This document shows positions 57,998-59,785 of a DNA stretch of 59,785 nt, one piece after another; within the stretch, counting starts at the first letter, position 1, and every line of letters begins with the position of its first letter. The stretch is from a virus (Duplodnaviria > Caudoviricetes). The stretch is from positions 1 through 59,785 of the IMG/VR virus record IMGVR_UViG_3300006169_000032. One strand, given 5' to 3'. Under the pieces are notes generated by a model that worked only from the letters and a program-made list of their open reading frames with translations, made no database searches and was not told the origin of the DNA. Position numbers and translations under genes: made by a program.

Positions 57998-58500
57998 AGT
58001 GTCTTCGAAGCGCCCGCTACAACATGAGTGCCGAGATTGTCCATACAGAAGGTCCGTCAAACCCAACCCCGTCTGAGGTCAGCACAGGCCATTGGGAATG
58101 GCAGCAGGACGAATACGGCGAACTCCACTACGTCTGGGTAGAAGACGAAACCCCCGAAACCCCAGAAGAGGGGGACGTGACAGTGGAGAACTGGACATTT
58201 CCGTGCATGGCCAGAGGATATGTCGGAACAGGGCTCCAAGGGGGCGGTACAGGTGAGGAATTCGGCAACCGCTACGAAGCAATAGACACCATAAGAATAT
58301 GGTTCAGCCCAGAACAGAGAATATCCAAGAACGACCAGATAACCAACATACGAGGACCCCACGGAATAATCTGGAAGGAAGAGGAACTCGGCGGGCTACC
58401 CACAAAGTTCGACGTGATGGGAGTCACCCCTCTGATTGACCACCTGGGAAGGCATGTAGAAAGTTATGCGCTATGCGAGAGGTCTGAGATACAGCAATGA
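57994..58500 (+). CDS. Head-to-tail stopper-like protein
   Basis: ATGA overlap; position after adaptor. Confidence 0.65.
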   Translation: MKCLRSARYNMSAEIVHTEGPSNPTPSEVSTGHWEWQQDEYGELHYVWVEDETPETPEEGDVTVENWTFPCMARGYVGTGLQGGGTGEEFGNRYEAIDTIRIWFSPEQRISKNDQITNIRGPHGIIWKEEELGGLPTKFDVMGVTPLIDHLGRHVESYALCERSEIQQ

Positions 58501-59291
58501 GGTCATACGCGAATTTTGAGATGGACCTGGGACAGGTCGGTGCCCTGGAAGGAACCATCGACGGTCTACAGCAGGTAACACGAACCGGAGTTTACATCAA
58601 CGCGGTTGTGGAAGACGCTCACGCCCAACTATCCAGAGTATTCACGGCAAACACCCACGCCATAGCGCGAGCCCAGCCGAAACTTCTACACCACGTTTAT
58701 GAGGCAGGACACGTAGGAATTCCCGGTATGCAGTTGTGGCGCAACATCCTGAAAGGCAGAGGTGCCCACAGGAGAGCATCATTTGAGTTCCGCCCCGCCG
58801 TACGTCCAAACGAACTACCCCAGGCTTCGTCCTCACCAAGCGGAAAGACGCTCAACAAGAAATATGTGTTCCGCATGAAGCCATGGATTATGGAGTATGG
58901 AATCCCTGTGACCGTCAGGGCAAAAGAGCCTGGTGGCGTACTGGCAATGTACCTTGGTGACAGCGTAGCAGGCGAATCCCAGTTTGCCTTCGCACCGGAG
59001 GCGAAGGTTGAGAACCCGGGCGGTAAGGTCCAGGGAAACTTCACCGCACAGTTCATCGGCTGGTGGGAACAGGCAGCACCAACCATCTACGACCAGCAGG
59101 TTCGTTTCAGATATGAACGTGACGTGCAGAGGATTGTCGATTCCTCAGGACGCAAGGCAAGACGCTCCGTAACCGGAAAATCGGTCGGTATGAAGTCGTG
59201 GAGCCTCGGCTATGACGCCGGTTATGCAATGGCCCACACACAGGCAAGACTGGAAGCGGCCCGGTACAGAGGCGGTGAGTACATAGAATGA
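58497..59291 (+). CDS. Neck/tail-completion-like structural protein
   Basis: LHHVYE..HVG..LW motif; synteny. Confidence 0.6.
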   Translation: MRSYANFEMDLGQVGALEGTIDGLQQVTRTGVYINAVVEDAHAQLSRVFTANTHAIARAQPKLLHHVYEAGHVGIPGMQLWRNILKGRGAHRRASFEFRPAVRPNELPQASSSPSGKTLNKKYVFRMKPWIMEYGIPVTVRAKEPGGVLAMYLGDSVAGESQFAFAPEAKVENPGGKVQGNFTAQFIGWWEQAAPTIYDQQVRFRYERDVQRIVDSSGRKARRSVTGKSVGMKSWSLGYDAGYAMAHTQARLEAARYRGGEYIE

Positions 59292-59785
59292 AGATGCCAC
59301 CCATCTATGCCCTTAACGCATATCTCTTCGAACTGCTGGTAAGAAACGAGTCATGGACGAAAATCAGCGTGGGCGGTACAGCAGCGATTACCCCGATTAT
59401 CCCGTCCAGCGACTCACCAATTCTGGCATCACAGAGCAAGGCGTACATCGTATTCGGATTCGCAAAAGAACCGGACAGAGAGTTCTATGCTCATAAGTCC
59501 GAGCAGGCGGCGTACACCATCTACTCTACCTCCCCGAACGAGGTAGCCAGAATCGTCTCCATGCTATCCGAAACCCTGGGACGCCTTGACGAGTCGGCAG
59601 CAGACGTGAACCGCTGGCTCAGAACCAGTGCCACCTGGAACGGGCTGAAGTTCACCACAATCTCAGTCCAGTCAGCCCAGAGCGCCGGGCCGGAAAAGAC
59701 CCAGGAGGGCAAAGTCGATGGCCTTGTCACCCTCCGCTATTTCTACACAATGACAGAAGTCTACAACATTCCAGGTGCCCTTGTC
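59288..59785 (+). CDS. Tail terminator-like protein (truncated by window end)
   Basis: ATGA overlap, frame open to end; PIIP, DESA.DVN.W; synteny. Confidence 0.6.
   Translation, partial: MKMPPIYALNAYLFELLVRNESWTKISVGGTAAITPIIPSSDSPILASQSKAYIVFGFAKEPDREFYAHKSEQAAYTIYSTSPNEVARIVSMLSETLGRLDESAADVNRWLRTSATWNGLKFTTISVQSAQSAGPEKTQEGKVDGLVTLRYFYTMTEVYNIPGALV

Overview
This window is part of a large lytic tailed phage of an actinobacterial host; gene content and order resemble the Streptomyces BE/BK-type and related large siphoviruses. 1-22.5 kb: dense rightward accessory genes (rIIA/rIIB-like, metallophosphoesterase, WhiB, nicotinamidase, thioredoxin, SPFH, methyltransferase, many small ORFs). 22.6-36.3 kb: a leftward block, probably the long terminal repeat/early region, built of about 16 promoter-gene cassettes. 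Each junction carries a CCCCNGGGG core (19 copies) flanked by interchangeable motif modules resembling host regulator boxes (BldD-like, IclR/LtbR-like, OmpR-like, BldC-like). One cassette holds no ORF but an apparently pseudoknotted ~530-nt RNA. 36.4-43.4 kb: HNH-like gene, ThyX, class II ribonucleotide reductase. 43.5-59.8 kb: lysin, LamG protein, portal, protease/scaffold, major capsid, HNH, a 1466-aa GDPD/repeat protein and head-tail genes. A heptamer G(C/G)CGGTA is strongly over-represented throughout. No tRNA, CRISPR array, integrase or terminase was recognised. All product calls come from motif recognition by eye, not database searches.
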